Of a DNA stretch of 248,000 nucleotides, positions 101,431 to 111,609 are shown in pieces. Source of the DNA: Hyalangium minutum (GTDB lineage: Bacteria; Myxococcota; Myxococcia; Myxococcales; Myxococcaceae); contig NZ_JMCB01000013.1 in NCBI RefSeq assembly GCF_000737315.1, positions 20,001-268,000 on the forward strand. The letters are read 5' to 3'. Within the stretch, counting starts at the first letter, position 1. Each line of letters begins with the position of its first letter. The notes under the pieces were generated by a model. It was not told where the DNA came from and did no database searches. It was given only the letters and a program-made list of their open reading frames with translations. A program made the position numbers and the translations under genes.

Positions 101431-103790
101431 CACTTGACCCTCCGCCCGATGCGCGCATCCTCGACCGCGTTCGCGATCGGCATGGCCGCTGGGTTCTGAC
101501 AGTAGCTGCGAAGCTGCGGCGTGATCGTGCCGCAGGTGGGGTTGGTGCCCGCCAGCGCATCCCGGCAGCTGCAGCGGCCGGTGTACGGGCCCGTCGGGAC
101601 GTTGCAGGTGCTCGCCAGCTGTTCGGCGGTGACACCACAGGAGTCCGCGGCGTCCGCTTTGCCCAGCGTCTGCAGGCAGGTGCAGCTGCCCACCTGCGTG
101701 TTCAGCGCGTTCTTGAACTCCTGGGCCGTCTTGCAGAAGCCCTTCGTCTGCTCGTCCACCACCCACTGGCCGTTGATCAGCGTGCCGCAGCGCTCACCCG
101801 TCTTGGACGTCTCTCGGCCCTCGTTGATGTCCTCGCAGGTGCAGAAGCCCTGCATGTAGCCGATGAGCGAGTCGCGCAGGGAGATGCCCGTCTCGATGCG
101901 GGTGGTGTTGCGCTTGAGCACCCGGAAGCCCGAGCCACCCTTGGCGATGTAGTCGTTGGTGGCGATGCGGTAGGTGCCGTTGGGATCCAGCGGCTTGCCG
102001 TTGATCTGGACGCCGGTGGCGGGGTGCGCCCAGCAGCGCGAGCCGTCCAGGTCCTCCAGGCACTGCCACGGGGCGTGGCCCTCTCGGCCATCCTTGGGGC
102101 AGTACTTCTCCACGCCGCCGTCGTTGGGATCGCAGGCGATGCGCAGATCATTGAGCTGCACCTGGGCGCAGTCCATGGTGAAGCGCGCGCCGGAGATCTG
102201 CGCCTGGCTGACGCAGCCGCGCTCGGCGGAGCGCTCGGCCACGAAGTCGAACATCTCCTGCATCTCCACGCCGGACAGGTACATGATGTTGATCGTGTTC
102301 TCGAAGGGGAACACGTTGAACATGGCCTCCTGCGTCACCACGCCCGCGTAGAGGTTGTCGCGGATGCCCAGCGAGTTGGTGATGGCCATCTCCGCCTCCA
102401 CGCGGCGGCGCTTGCGCATGGAGTCCGCCGCGATGTTGCCCAGCGGCGAGTCTCCACCGGTGGAGTTGTTGCGGCGGGCCACGTCCCGGGGCGCGTAGGA
102501 GAAGATGGACGTCAGCTGCAGGCTGGAGTCCATGGCGAGGATGTACTTCTGCAGCAGATCCGTGGTGCGCCGATCCTCCTGCTCACGGCACGCCTCGATG
102601 GCCGCGCGCACGTTGGGCTGGATGGCGAACTGACCCGGATCCCAGAAGTTCTGCGCGTAGTAGGCGCGCATGGCGTCGTCACACCAGAGCGAGTCCAGCG
102701 GGAAGGCGCGGTAGTCGTGGCTGACGAGCTCGGCGCCGTCCACGCTGTCCTCCGAGGGCACCTTCACCACCATGTCCAGGCGGCCCACGTACTTGGCGAA
102801 CGCGCCGGAGTGCACCAGGAGCACCTTGCGGCCGCTCGGGTCCGTGATGTTCTGCGGCGGGTTGAGCACCACGTGCAGGTGGCCGCCGAGGATCACGTCG
102901 ATGCCGGACACGCCGGGGATCTGCACGCGCACCACGGACTTGGGGTTGCCCTCCTCGCCGGACCACTCGAGGATCTTCCACGGGTTGTTCTCACGGTCGA
103001 TGAAGGGCTTGGCGCGCTCATACTCGTAGTAGGCCTCGTAGCCGAGCACCACCTGCTGGTCCTCGGTGAGGCCCAGGTGGCTGACGATGACGATGAGATC
103101 CGTCACCGGGCGCAGCAGGTCCACGTAGGCGCGCGCCGCCTCGTTCTGCTCCAGCGGGGTGGTCTGCAGGGAGTTGCCGCCCTCCACGATCGAGTTGAGC
103201 GAGGAGAGGTTGGCCATGCCGATGATGCCCACCCGCAGGCCCTTCACCATGCGGATGGTGTACGGAGCGGACACCTGGGCGGCACCGTTGTTACTCTCGG
103301 TGTCAGTGGGCACGTCCCAGTAGTAGTTGGCCGCCAGCAGCGGGAAGGTGGCGAAGTCCCGAGCCTTCTGCACGAAGTTTTGCGCGCCCGCGTCGAACTC
103401 GTGGTTGCCGATCACCGCGGCGTCCAGCCGCAGGTTCGACAGGAAGCGGAACTCCACCTCCCCCAGGTTCTGGTTGAAGATGGGAGCGCCCTGAAAGCAG
103501 TCGCCCGAGTCCAGGTGCAGCACGCGATCGCCCCGGTTGCGCTCGCGCTTGACGACCGCGGCAATGCGCGTGGCGCCTCCGAACGGGCCGGCCTCGGGGA
103601 TCAGCCCCAGGTCCGTGTCCGTCTTGAGCGGCGCGAAGTCATACGGGATGAGCCGCGAGTGGATGTCCGCAGTATGAAGGAGGGTGAGGCGGACTTCCTG
103701 TCCGGCGAGGTTGTACTCCTCGCCATCCAGAACTGGCATGCACGAGGCGAAGACCAGAGCGCAGAGGGGGCCGATCAGGGCACGACTCAT
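101430..103790 (-). CDS. Bifunctional metallophosphatase/5'-nucleotidase lipoprotein
   Basis: HTADIHS, DSGD, GNHEFD, SHLG, GGHLH, FPFEN. Confidence 0.9.
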   Translation of the reverse strand: MSRALIGPLCALVFASCMPVLDGEEYNLAGQEVRLTLLHTADIHSRLIPYDFAPLKTDTDLGLIPEAGPFGGATRIAAVVKRERNRGDRVLHLDSGDCFQGAPIFNQNLGEVEFRFLSNLRLDAAVIGNHEFDAGAQNFVQKARDFATFPLLAANYYWDVPTDTESNNGAAQVSAPYTIRMVKGLRVGIIGMANLSSLNSIVEGGNSLQTTPLEQNEAARAYVDLLRPVTDLIVIVSHLGLTEDQQVVLGYEAYYEYERAKPFIDRENNPWKILEWSGEEGNPKSVVRVQIPGVSGIDVILGGHLHVVLNPPQNITDPSGRKVLLVHSGAFAKYVGRLDMVVKVPSEDSVDGAELVSHDYRAFPLDSLWCDDAMRAYYAQNFWDPGQFAIQPNVRAAIEACREQEDRRTTDLLQKYILAMDSSLQLTSIFSYAPRDVARRNNSTGGDSPLGNIAADSMRKRRRVEAEMAITNSLGIRDNLYAGVVTQEAMFNVFPFENTINIMYLSGVEMQEMFDFVAERSAERGCVSQAQISGARFTMDCAQVQLNDLRIACDPNDGGVEKYCPKDGREGHAPWQCLEDLDGSRCWAHPATGVQINGKPLDPNGTYRIATNDYIAKGGSGFRVLKRNTTRIETGISLRDSLIGYMQGFCTCEDINEGRETSKTGERCGTLINGQWVVDEQTKGFCKTAQEFKNALNTQVGSCTCLQTLGKADAADSCGVTAEQLASTCNVPTGPYTGRCSCRDALAGTNPTCGTITPQLRSYCQNPAAMPIANAVEDARIGRRVK

Positions 103791-103910
103791 CAGGTGGTTC
103801 CGGGGGGCTTGCGTGAAGGGGACTCAGCGGGAGACGCCGCAAGGTACGAGATCAGGGAATCACGGGCAAGCGACCCGGGAGCCCCGAAATAATCCACCAG
103901 GGAGGCAGGC

Positions 103911-104582
103911 ATGTCGGGCAAGCAGACAACCGTGACGGATATCGAGATCATCGAGGATTTCTCGGCTACCGCCCGCTGTGACGAGGGGTTCTTGAGGCTC
104001 CGGAGGCTCCGGTGCCAGAACCGGCGGGAGGATGGATCCGTCTCGCCGGTGTATCGGGTGGACGTGGTGGATAGGCCCCGGCTGGACGCCGTGGCGGTGC
104101 TCGTCTACCGCCGCAGTGCGTCGGGCCTCGAGGTGCTCACCCGGAAGAACCTCCGGCCCGCCGCGTACTTCCGCAAGGGCAAGGAGATGGTGGTGCCGGA
104201 TCCGGTGAGCTACCTGCTCGTGGAGGAGCTCGTCGCCGGCGTCATGGAACTGGAGGACAAGGGCGAGGAGGGGGTGCGGCGCCGGGCGGTGGAGGAGGTG
104301 CGCGAGGAGGCCGGCTATGAGGTGAAGCCCGAGGAGATCCGCTTGCTCGGTGGGGGCTTCTTCGTGGCGCCGGGCATCCTGTCGGAGAAGGTGTTCCCCA
104401 CGGCGGTGGACGTGACGGGCAAGGAGGCCCATGAGCCGGAAGGGGATGGCTCTCCTTTAGAGGAGGGGACGCGGCTGCAGTGGCGCCCGCTGCCCGAGGT
104501 GCTCGCCGCTTGCCGCCGGGGGGAGGTGCCGGATGCGAAGCTGGAGATCTCCATCACCCGCCTGCTGGCCGAGCAGCCATAG
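103911..104582 (+). CDS. NUDIX hydrolase
   Basis: AG..E..AVEEVREEAG. Confidence 0.85.
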   Translation: MSGKQTTVTDIEIIEDFSATARCDEGFLRLRRLRCQNRREDGSVSPVYRVDVVDRPRLDAVAVLVYRRSASGLEVLTRKNLRPAAYFRKGKEMVVPDPVSYLLVEELVAGVMELEDKGEEGVRRRAVEEVREEAGYEVKPEEIRLLGGGFFVAPGILSEKVFPTAVDVTGKEAHEPEGDGSPLEEGTRLQWRPLPEVLAACRRGEVPDAKLEISITRLLAEQP

Positions 104583-104665
104583 CTCACCGCCCGGGTTGGC
104601 CGCCAGGATGGGACCGGATAGGGTGCGCGAGCCGTTTCCGTTCCGCTCCGCCGAGGTCCTTCCGC

Positions 104666-106126
104666 ATGTCGTCGATGCCCGCGTGGCTGCAACAGTTGTT
104701 GCCGATCTTGATCCTGCTGGCAGCGATCTCCCTGGTGATCGCGCGCCTGCCCAAGGTCGAGCTCGGGCACACGGAGGCCTTCAAGCGCCGCCGCTTCCTC
104801 AACTGGTTCCCGCTGGGCATGACGTACGCGTTCCTCTACATGGGGCGCTACAACCTCAACGAGGCCACCAGCGCGCTGGGCAGCCGCACCTCGAACGCGG
104901 ACTTCGGCACCATCTTCGCCTGGGGCACGATCGTCTACGGCGTGGCGTTCTTGCTCAACGGCCCGCTGACGGACAGGTGGGGCGGGCGCCGGACGATCTT
105001 GATCTCGGCGGCGGGCTCCTCGGTGTGCAACGTGCTGATGGGCCTCGTGGTGCACGCCGTGCTGACGCAGGACTGGCAGCCTCCCGGCGGGCTGGTGGGG
105101 ACGCTGTCCGTGCTCTACGCGGTGAACATGTACTTCCAGAGCTTTGGCGCGGTCTCCATCGTCAAGGTGAACGCGGCGTGGTTCCACCTGCGCGAGCGCG
105201 GGACGCTGGGAGGCGTGTTCGGCATCCTCATCTCGCTGGGCGTCTACTTCGCCTATGACTGGAGCCGGATGATCACCCGTGCGGCTCCGACGTACTGGGT
105301 GTTCTTCATCCCCGCGGCCATCCTCGCCGCCTTCGTGGTGCTGGACTTCTTCATCATCCGCGACACGCCGAGCGATACGGGCCACCCGGACTTCGACACC
105401 GCGGATGCGTCCTCGGGAGAGACGGGCCCCCGGCTCGGGGCATTCGAGGTGCTGGGCAAGATGCTCCGCAACCCCGTCATCATCGTCATCCTGCTGATCG
105501 AGTTCTGCAGCGGCTACATGCGCAACGCCATCATGCAGTGGTACCCCAAGCTGGCGAAGGGCATCGGCATGGGCGACAGCTTCGTCGCGTCCAACTGGGG
105601 CATGCTGCTGTGCGTGGCCGGCATCACCGGAGGCATGTTCGCCGGCATCATCTCCGACAAGATCTTCGACTCTCGGCGCGGGCCCGTATCGGCGGTGCTC
105701 TATGGTGGGATGACGCTGGGCGCCGTGGCCACGCTCTTCCTGCTGAACACCCCGCTGCTGGGGTGGACGGTCATCTTCATGTCGCTGTGCGTCATCGGCG
105801 TGCACGGCATGCTGTCGGGTACCGCCAGCATGGACTTCGGCGGCAAGAAGAACGCGGGAGTGGCGGTGGGCATCATCGACGGCGCCGTCTACGCGGGCAC
105901 CGCCTTCCAGTCCGTGCTGCTCGGCAGGCTGTTGCCCTCGGGCGCGGCCGCCAAGGACATCAACAACTGGAGCAACTGGCCCATCGCCCTGGTGCCGCTG
106001 GCGGTGGCAGGGCTCGTGCTGGCCACTCGGGTGTGGAACGCCAAACCCCAGGCGAAGAAGGAGGCCGTTGCTGATCCAACGGCCCCCGTGGCCGCGCCGG
106101 CGCGTCGGACGGGCACCGAAGGGTAG
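104666..106126 (+). CDS. MFS transporter (GlpT/OPA-like)
   Basis: YAFLYMGRYN, WFHLRERG, DFGGKKNAG. Confidence 0.85.
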   Translation: MSSMPAWLQQLLPILILLAAISLVIARLPKVELGHTEAFKRRRFLNWFPLGMTYAFLYMGRYNLNEATSALGSRTSNADFGTIFAWGTIVYGVAFLLNGPLTDRWGGRRTILISAAGSSVCNVLMGLVVHAVLTQDWQPPGGLVGTLSVLYAVNMYFQSFGAVSIVKVNAAWFHLRERGTLGGVFGILISLGVYFAYDWSRMITRAAPTYWVFFIPAAILAAFVVLDFFIIRDTPSDTGHPDFDTADASSGETGPRLGAFEVLGKMLRNPVIIVILLIEFCSGYMRNAIMQWYPKLAKGIGMGDSFVASNWGMLLCVAGITGGMFAGIISDKIFDSRRGPVSAVLYGGMTLGAVATLFLLNTPLLGWTVIFMSLCVIGVHGMLSGTASMDFGGKKNAGVAVGIIDGAVYAGTAFQSVLLGRLLPSGAAAKDINNWSNWPIALVPLAVAGLVLATRVWNAKPQAKKEAVADPTAPVAAPARRTGTEG

Positions 106127-106214
106127 TGCCGGAGGGAGGGAGCGCGTTCAGGGGCGGACGGCTGCGAGGCCCGAGCGATTTCAGTGTGACGGGGTTGTGA
106201 CGTAAAATGCCTGC

Positions 106215-107792
106215 GTGCCCTCGGAATCCGCCCCGCTGCTTCAGAACCGGTTGGAAGTCCACGACCGGAAGCAGTTCGAGATCAAGCTCGAGTACCAGCC
106301 GTCGGGCGCCGACGACGAGACGCGCTATCTCGTCGAGATGTTCCTGTTCCTGCCGAACAGCCTGAACATCGACGCGGAGACGTACCCGCGGGCGGACTTC
106401 TACGCGGACATCCACAACTACGTGCGCTTCACCACGCCGGTGATGAGCCTGGAGGAGCTGCTGGTGGTGGAGGGCTCGCCGCTGATGCGGCTCGAGGCGT
106501 GGCTGAGGACGGGGCTGCCCACGGAGGCGGAGGTCGTCTACCAGGCCAAGCTCCTGTGCTGCATCTTCCGTGGGGCGCTGCGCCGCTTCGTGAAGCTGGT
106601 GGATGGGCGGTGCGAGCCGCCCAGCGCCGCCGGGCTGGGCGAGGCCGAGTACGCGGACCTGCAGCGGATCATCCTCCAGTCACAGGAATCCGTGGTGAAG
106701 GTGCTGGAGCGCTTCCGGGGCTGGCAGAAGGCCACGGGCGAGCTGAGGCTGCAGAAGAAGACGCGCGTCTCGCTGCGTCTGGTGGACGAGTACATGAGCC
106801 TCACGGTGGAGCAGTACTTCCGCAAGGCCGTGACGGAGATGGATGCGCTGCCGCGCTCGGGCGTCTACATCGAGCCGCGCAAGGCGCTGATGGCGGCGGT
106901 GATCCGCGAGGAGACGTACCGCAAGGAGAACCAGCTTCGCAGCGTGCTGAGCCCCACCGGTGACAACGAGGAGTACATGCACCGGATCGGGTTCCTGAAG
107001 AAGTTCTGCATGAACATCCTCTTCCTGGCGGCGCGGAGGAAGCAGAAGCGCCAGGGCTGGGAGGAGGTGCTGTTCGCGATCGCGGCGGGTTTGGCCATGG
107101 CCTTCGCCACGGCGGTGCTCTTCGTCGCGCAGAGGCAGGGAGGCGTCCCCCAGGAGAGCCTCAACTTCCTGCTGATCGCCGTGGTGGGCTACATGGTGAA
107201 GGACCGCATCAAGGAGGGGCTGCGCCGCTTCTTCAGCAAGTTCGCCTCGATGCACCTGTACGACCGGATGGCGGAGATCTTGGATCCGGTGACGAAGAAG
107301 TGCCTGGGCACGCTGGAGGAGCGCGTGGACTACGGCCGCACGGTGAAGGTGCCCAAGGAGATCGCCGAGCTGCGCTGCCTGGACGACTTCATCACCGTGT
107401 CCCAGGGCGAGCTGTCCGAGACGGTGCTCCGCTACCAGAAGGAGATCGTCCTGGACGCGGAGTTGCTGCCGAAGACGGACCGGCGGCTGACGGGCGTCAC
107501 GGACATCATCCGCTTCAACGTGGAGCGCTTCCTGCGCGATATGGACGACCCGGAGCTGGCGCTGGAGTACGTGGATCTGGAGGACTTCTCGGTGGGCCGG
107601 GTGAAGGGCGCCAAGAGCTACCAGGTGGATCTGGCGTTCCGCTTCACCACGGACGAGGCGGACCAGAAGAAGGTGTCCGTGCAGCTGGTGCGGCTGGTGC
107701 TGGATCGCAACGGCATCAAGCGCATGCTGCGCGTCGCGCCCGAGCAGACGGATCGGCCTCCGCACCCCGAGCCGTACCGCAAGGCGGCCTGA
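106215..107792 (+). CDS. Hypothetical membrane protein
   Basis: 525-aa ORF, two TM helices. Confidence 0.7.
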   Translation: MPSESAPLLQNRLEVHDRKQFEIKLEYQPSGADDETRYLVEMFLFLPNSLNIDAETYPRADFYADIHNYVRFTTPVMSLEELLVVEGSPLMRLEAWLRTGLPTEAEVVYQAKLLCCIFRGALRRFVKLVDGRCEPPSAAGLGEAEYADLQRIILQSQESVVKVLERFRGWQKATGELRLQKKTRVSLRLVDEYMSLTVEQYFRKAVTEMDALPRSGVYIEPRKALMAAVIREETYRKENQLRSVLSPTGDNEEYMHRIGFLKKFCMNILFLAARRKQKRQGWEEVLFAIAAGLAMAFATAVLFVAQRQGGVPQESLNFLLIAVVGYMVKDRIKEGLRRFFSKFASMHLYDRMAEILDPVTKKCLGTLEERVDYGRTVKVPKEIAELRCLDDFITVSQGELSETVLRYQKEIVLDAELLPKTDRRLTGVTDIIRFNVERFLRDMDDPELALEYVDLEDFSVGRVKGAKSYQVDLAFRFTTDEADQKKVSVQLVRLVLDRNGIKRMLRVAPEQTDRPPHPEPYRKAA

Positions 107793-107805
107793 GAGGCACG
107801 TCGCC

Positions 107806-108267
107806 GTGTCCGAGGCGGATCGACAGCGGTGGAATGCCCGCTACCAGGAGCAGGCCGGGGGCTTGGAGCCGTCCCGGTTCCTTCAGTCGCTCTCGGACCG
107901 GCTGCCGAGCACGGGGCGGGCGCTCGAGGTGGCCGGTGGGCCGGGGCATGACGCCCTGTAGCTCGCGAGGCGTGGCCTGGATGTGACGCTCGTGGACATC
108001 TCGGACGTGGCGCTCGAGCGCGCCGCCGCGGCCGCGCGGCAGGCCGGTGTCCCTTTGCGTGTGGAGCGGGTGGACGTGGAGGAGGCGCCGCTTCCCCCCG
108101 GGCCCTACCAGCTCGTGCTGTGCATGAACTTCCTCTGGCGCCCGCTGTTCGAGGCAATTCCTCGGGTGCTCGAGCCCGGCGGGCTGTTCGTCTTTGCCCA
108201 GCCGACCCGGAGCAACCTCCAGCGGAACCCGCACCCCTCGGCCCGCTTTCTCCTGACTGGTGCGTGA
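107806..108267 (+). pseudogene. Class I SAM methyltransferase pseudogene
   Basis: MSEADRQRWNARY..ALEVAGGPGHDAL then in-frame TAG at 107959-107961 (W position), continuing VDISDVAL; C-terminus appears truncated. Confidence 0.75.
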
Positions 108268-108342
108268 CCTTCCTACACCCGGTGGAGTGAGCCGCATCAG
108301 GGGCACGTGCTAGGGTGCGCGCCTCGTTTAGGAGGAGTCTTC

Positions 108343-111087
108343 GTGTCACTTTGGAACTCGAACCGGCGGGCTGTCTCGCTCGCCGTCACAGTGTTGGCCT
108401 TGGGAGTGCTCGCGGCCTGTGGTGGCAGCGGAAACCCCGTCACCCCGGACCCGAACGCCAGTGCCGAGATCAAGGCCATGCTCCCGCAGGAGCTGGCGGT
108501 CTCGGATGTGGCCCGCGTCCACGTGGAAGCCCGTGGGCCTGGCATCCCCACGCCCGTTGGAATGGATCTGTCCCTGCAGGGCAGCACCTGGCAGGGCACC
108601 CTTCTCGCAATCCCCGCGGGGTTGGACCGCATCTTCGAGGCCAAGGCCTACGACGCGGCCGGGCTGTTGCTCTACGCCGGGCAAGCGGGGCCGATCACGA
108701 TCGCCTCGGGCAGCACGGTGAGCGTGGCCATCCTGCTCCAGCAGGTCAACCCGCCGCCTCCGTACCAGAACGTGCCGCCGACGATCGACTCGGTGGTGGT
108801 CTCCGCCAACCAGGTGTCGCCCGGTGGCACCATCACGCTGACGGCCACCGCGCATGACGAGAACGCGGGGGACACGATCACCTTCGCGTGGACGGCGACT
108901 GCGGGCTCCTTCAGCAATCCGTCTGCTTCCGCGACGAGCTGGGTGGCTCCGGCGGCCGAGGGCCCGCAGGTGCTGACCCTGGAGGTGACGGACTCGAAGG
109001 GGACGAGCGCCCGGCTGAGCGTCAACGTCAGCGTCCAGCGCCCCGGCGCGAGCGGCGATGCCAATGTGACGGTGGGCTTCAACACCTGGCCGAGGGTGAA
109101 CCAGATGCGGGCGACGCCGTCCATCCTCACGCTCAACGTCCCCGTGCAGCTCTCCGTCGTCGCCTCCGAGCCGGACGGCGACGCCCTGAGCTACACGTGG
109201 AGCGCGAACTGCCCGGGTCGCTTCGAGGACAGCCTCGTGGCCACGCCCCGGTTCACCTTGTTGTCGCAGCCTCCCCCCGGTCCTGTTTTTTGCACGCTCA
109301 CCGTCACCGTCTCGGATGGCCGGGGAGGCCAGACCACGGGCTCCTTATCGCTGCTGGCTGGGACCCCGTCGCAGGCCAACGTGGCGCCTCAGATCGACAG
109401 CACCTTCAAGAGCTCCGAGCAGGCGGGCGGTGGCGAGGTGGTGACGATGGGCCTCACCGCGCATGATCCCGAGTCCACGCCGCTGACCTTCTCCTGGACC
109501 GCGAGCCAGGGCTCCATCCTGGCCACCCGGGGTACCAGCACCGCGAGCGAGGTGGATTGGAGGGCGCCCGCGTGCCTCAATGGGCCGATCACCGTGACGG
109601 CGGCCATCGCGGATGCCTGGGGCGCCGTGACGCACCAGCAGTTCTCCATCGCCCCGCGCGCGGGCTCTTCGTGCGGCGCCCTGACGGTGTCAGGTATGCG
109701 CAACTCCTACCGCGTCCGGCCAGATGGCAGCACCCTCACGGTTCCGGTGAATCTGTCGGGTGTGACGCTGGGCGCGTGGGTGCCGAGCACGGATGGCGCG
109801 AGCTACACCTGGCGGCCGGGGAGCGGTGACGCCAGCGGCACGTTCATCATCCCCAACGTCGATCGCACGCCCTACCTGCTCCGGTTCGGGGGCTCGTACC
109901 TGTGGGCCCACAGCCGGATGCTCGATCTGAGCCGGGCCGACTTGGGCCGCCATGACACGGTGATCGAGCCGGAGACGACCCAGCTCCAGATGCAGGTTTC
110001 CGGGCTGAATCCCTGGCAGGGCGGCGATGACTTCCAGCTCAGCTCGGCGAGCACGGGCCTTGGCTACTTCTCGGCGACGAGCTGCTCCACTCCGTTCTTC
110101 CCGGAGGACCTCGACGGCGAGACCTCCTTCAACTTCACCATTGACTACCTGTACTCGATGCAGAACTGCGGGACTCCTGCGGCCCGGATCGACGCGTCTC
110201 GCGGGGACGTGCTGTATGCCACCCAGCTGGTGAGCCGCACGGATGCGGCCACGGGGATGACCTTCCAGGAGGTTCAGCGGAGCTTCCAGACGAACTCGCT
110301 GACGGGCCCGAATCCGAGCACGCTGCTGCTCAGCGGCACGCTGGCGCCGCTGCCGCTCGTGAGCCGGGTGGTGGACTACCGCGCCGCCTCGTTCGAGGCC
110401 CTGGCTCTGGCGGGGCACCCCTCCGCGACTGCGGGGACCACCACTCTGAACCTTGGGATCTTGCCGGGCTACGACCAGTTTGGCTCCTACGCGGGCTGGC
110501 CGGACCTGGTGCTGGCGACTTTCGGCGCGGGCCTGGGAGACGTTGCCCCCACGTTCACGTATGGCAATCCCTATCCTGCCAACTGGTCCCAGTTCATCAC
110601 GGCCCAGACCACCTCGCGGGTCCGTTACTCGGTGCCGCTGGAGGGCGGAGGCTCGTCCACGCCGCGCATCTACTCGGCGTATACGTACGCCCAGCAGCCC
110701 GTGGGGAACGGTCCGATCATCCCGCTGGTGGGGCCGCCTCGGGATCTGCGGCTCAATGGCGCGCTGGCTTGGGACGTCCTCACGGGTGTGGGCGAGACGC
110801 CGCTGATGAGCTGGACGGCTCCGAGCCTGGGAACTCCGACCTCGTACTCGGTGCGCGTGTATGAGCTCTACGCCACGAGCACGGGGAGTACCTCTCGGGT
110901 GACGGTGACGAACCTCGCGACGGACCAGACCCAGCTCCGGATGCCGCCCGGCGTGCTGGTGCCAGGCAAGCACTACCACCTCCAGGTGTCGGCGCTCTTC
111001 GAGCAGGGGACGGATCCGGGCAGGCCGTACATGCTCCGCCCGGTGTACCACACGGCGATGGCGGTGACGGGCCGCTTCCAGCCCTGA
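108343..111087 (+). CDS. Large lipoprotein with tandem Ig-like (PKD-like) domains
   Basis: Lipobox LAAC; repeated A.D..GD.LTYxW.A..G units. Confidence 0.78.
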   Translation: MSLWNSNRRAVSLAVTVLALGVLAACGGSGNPVTPDPNASAEIKAMLPQELAVSDVARVHVEARGPGIPTPVGMDLSLQGSTWQGTLLAIPAGLDRIFEAKAYDAAGLLLYAGQAGPITIASGSTVSVAILLQQVNPPPPYQNVPPTIDSVVVSANQVSPGGTITLTATAHDENAGDTITFAWTATAGSFSNPSASATSWVAPAAEGPQVLTLEVTDSKGTSARLSVNVSVQRPGASGDANVTVGFNTWPRVNQMRATPSILTLNVPVQLSVVASEPDGDALSYTWSANCPGRFEDSLVATPRFTLLSQPPPGPVFCTLTVTVSDGRGGQTTGSLSLLAGTPSQANVAPQIDSTFKSSEQAGGGEVVTMGLTAHDPESTPLTFSWTASQGSILATRGTSTASEVDWRAPACLNGPITVTAAIADAWGAVTHQQFSIAPRAGSSCGALTVSGMRNSYRVRPDGSTLTVPVNLSGVTLGAWVPSTDGASYTWRPGSGDASGTFIIPNVDRTPYLLRFGGSYLWAHSRMLDLSRADLGRHDTVIEPETTQLQMQVSGLNPWQGGDDFQLSSASTGLGYFSATSCSTPFFPEDLDGETSFNFTIDYLYSMQNCGTPAARIDASRGDVLYATQLVSRTDAATGMTFQEVQRSFQTNSLTGPNPSTLLLSGTLAPLPLVSRVVDYRAASFEALALAGHPSATAGTTTLNLGILPGYDQFGSYAGWPDLVLATFGAGLGDVAPTFTYGNPYPANWSQFITAQTTSRVRYSVPLEGGGSSTPRIYSAYTYAQQPVGNGPIIPLVGPPRDLRLNGALAWDVLTGVGETPLMSWTAPSLGTPTSYSVRVYELYATSTGSTSRVTVTNLATDQTQLRMPPGVLVPGKHYHLQVSALFEQGTDPGRPYMLRPVYHTAMAVTGRFQP

Positions 111088-111113
111088 GCCGAGCCGTGCG
111101 GTGAATGCGTGAG

Positions 111114-111149
111114 AAGCCCCGGTGGCAGCAGTGCCGCCGGGGCTTTTTT
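111114..111149 (+). terminator. Intrinsic terminator
   Basis: AAGCCCCGGTGGCA..TGCCGCCGGGGCTT then TTTT. Confidence 0.75.
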
Positions 111150-111198
111150 CCTTCCTGGCTCCAGGGATTCCCTATGCTGCCGCCCGGGAGGTGCCGCC

Positions 111199-111606
111199 TT
111201 GCCGTTCTCCATCCGCCTGCCGGTGACCGCGCAGGATCTCGATGAGCTCCAGCACGTGAGCAACGTGGTCTACGTCCGGTGGATCCAGGACGTGGCCGTG
111301 GCTCACTCCGAGGCGGTGGGGTTGAGCTTGGAGGTCTACCGGCAGCTGGGCGCCGTCTTCGTGGTGCGCCGGCATGAGGTGGACTACCTGCGCCCGGCGC
111401 TCGCGGGAGACGAGGTGGAGGTGGAGACGCGCGTGGTGGCGAAGAGCCCCGTGACGGCGACGCGGCAGACCTTCATCCGGCGGGTGGCGGACGGGCAGGT
111501 GCTGGTCCAGGCCCAGACACAGTGGGCCTACGTGTCCACGTCCACCGGGAGGCCCGTGCGCATTCCGCCCGAAGTGACTCAGCGCTTCACGATCGAGCCC
111601 GTGTGA
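111199..111606 (+). CDS. Acyl-CoA thioesterase (4HBT/FcbC-like)
   Basis: DLDELQHVSNVVYVRW, EVDYLRPA. Confidence 0.85.
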   Translation: MPFSIRLPVTAQDLDELQHVSNVVYVRWIQDVAVAHSEAVGLSLEVYRQLGAVFVVRRHEVDYLRPALAGDEVEVETRVVAKSPVTATRQTFIRRVADGQVLVQAQTQWAYVSTSTGRPVRIPPEVTQRFTIEPV

Positions 111607-111609
111607 GGG

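Noticed and set aside
107959-107961. In-frame TAG as pyrrolysine or readthrough
   Set aside because: It falls at a Trp position (single G->A change), the gene is also truncated, and no pyl genes are present.
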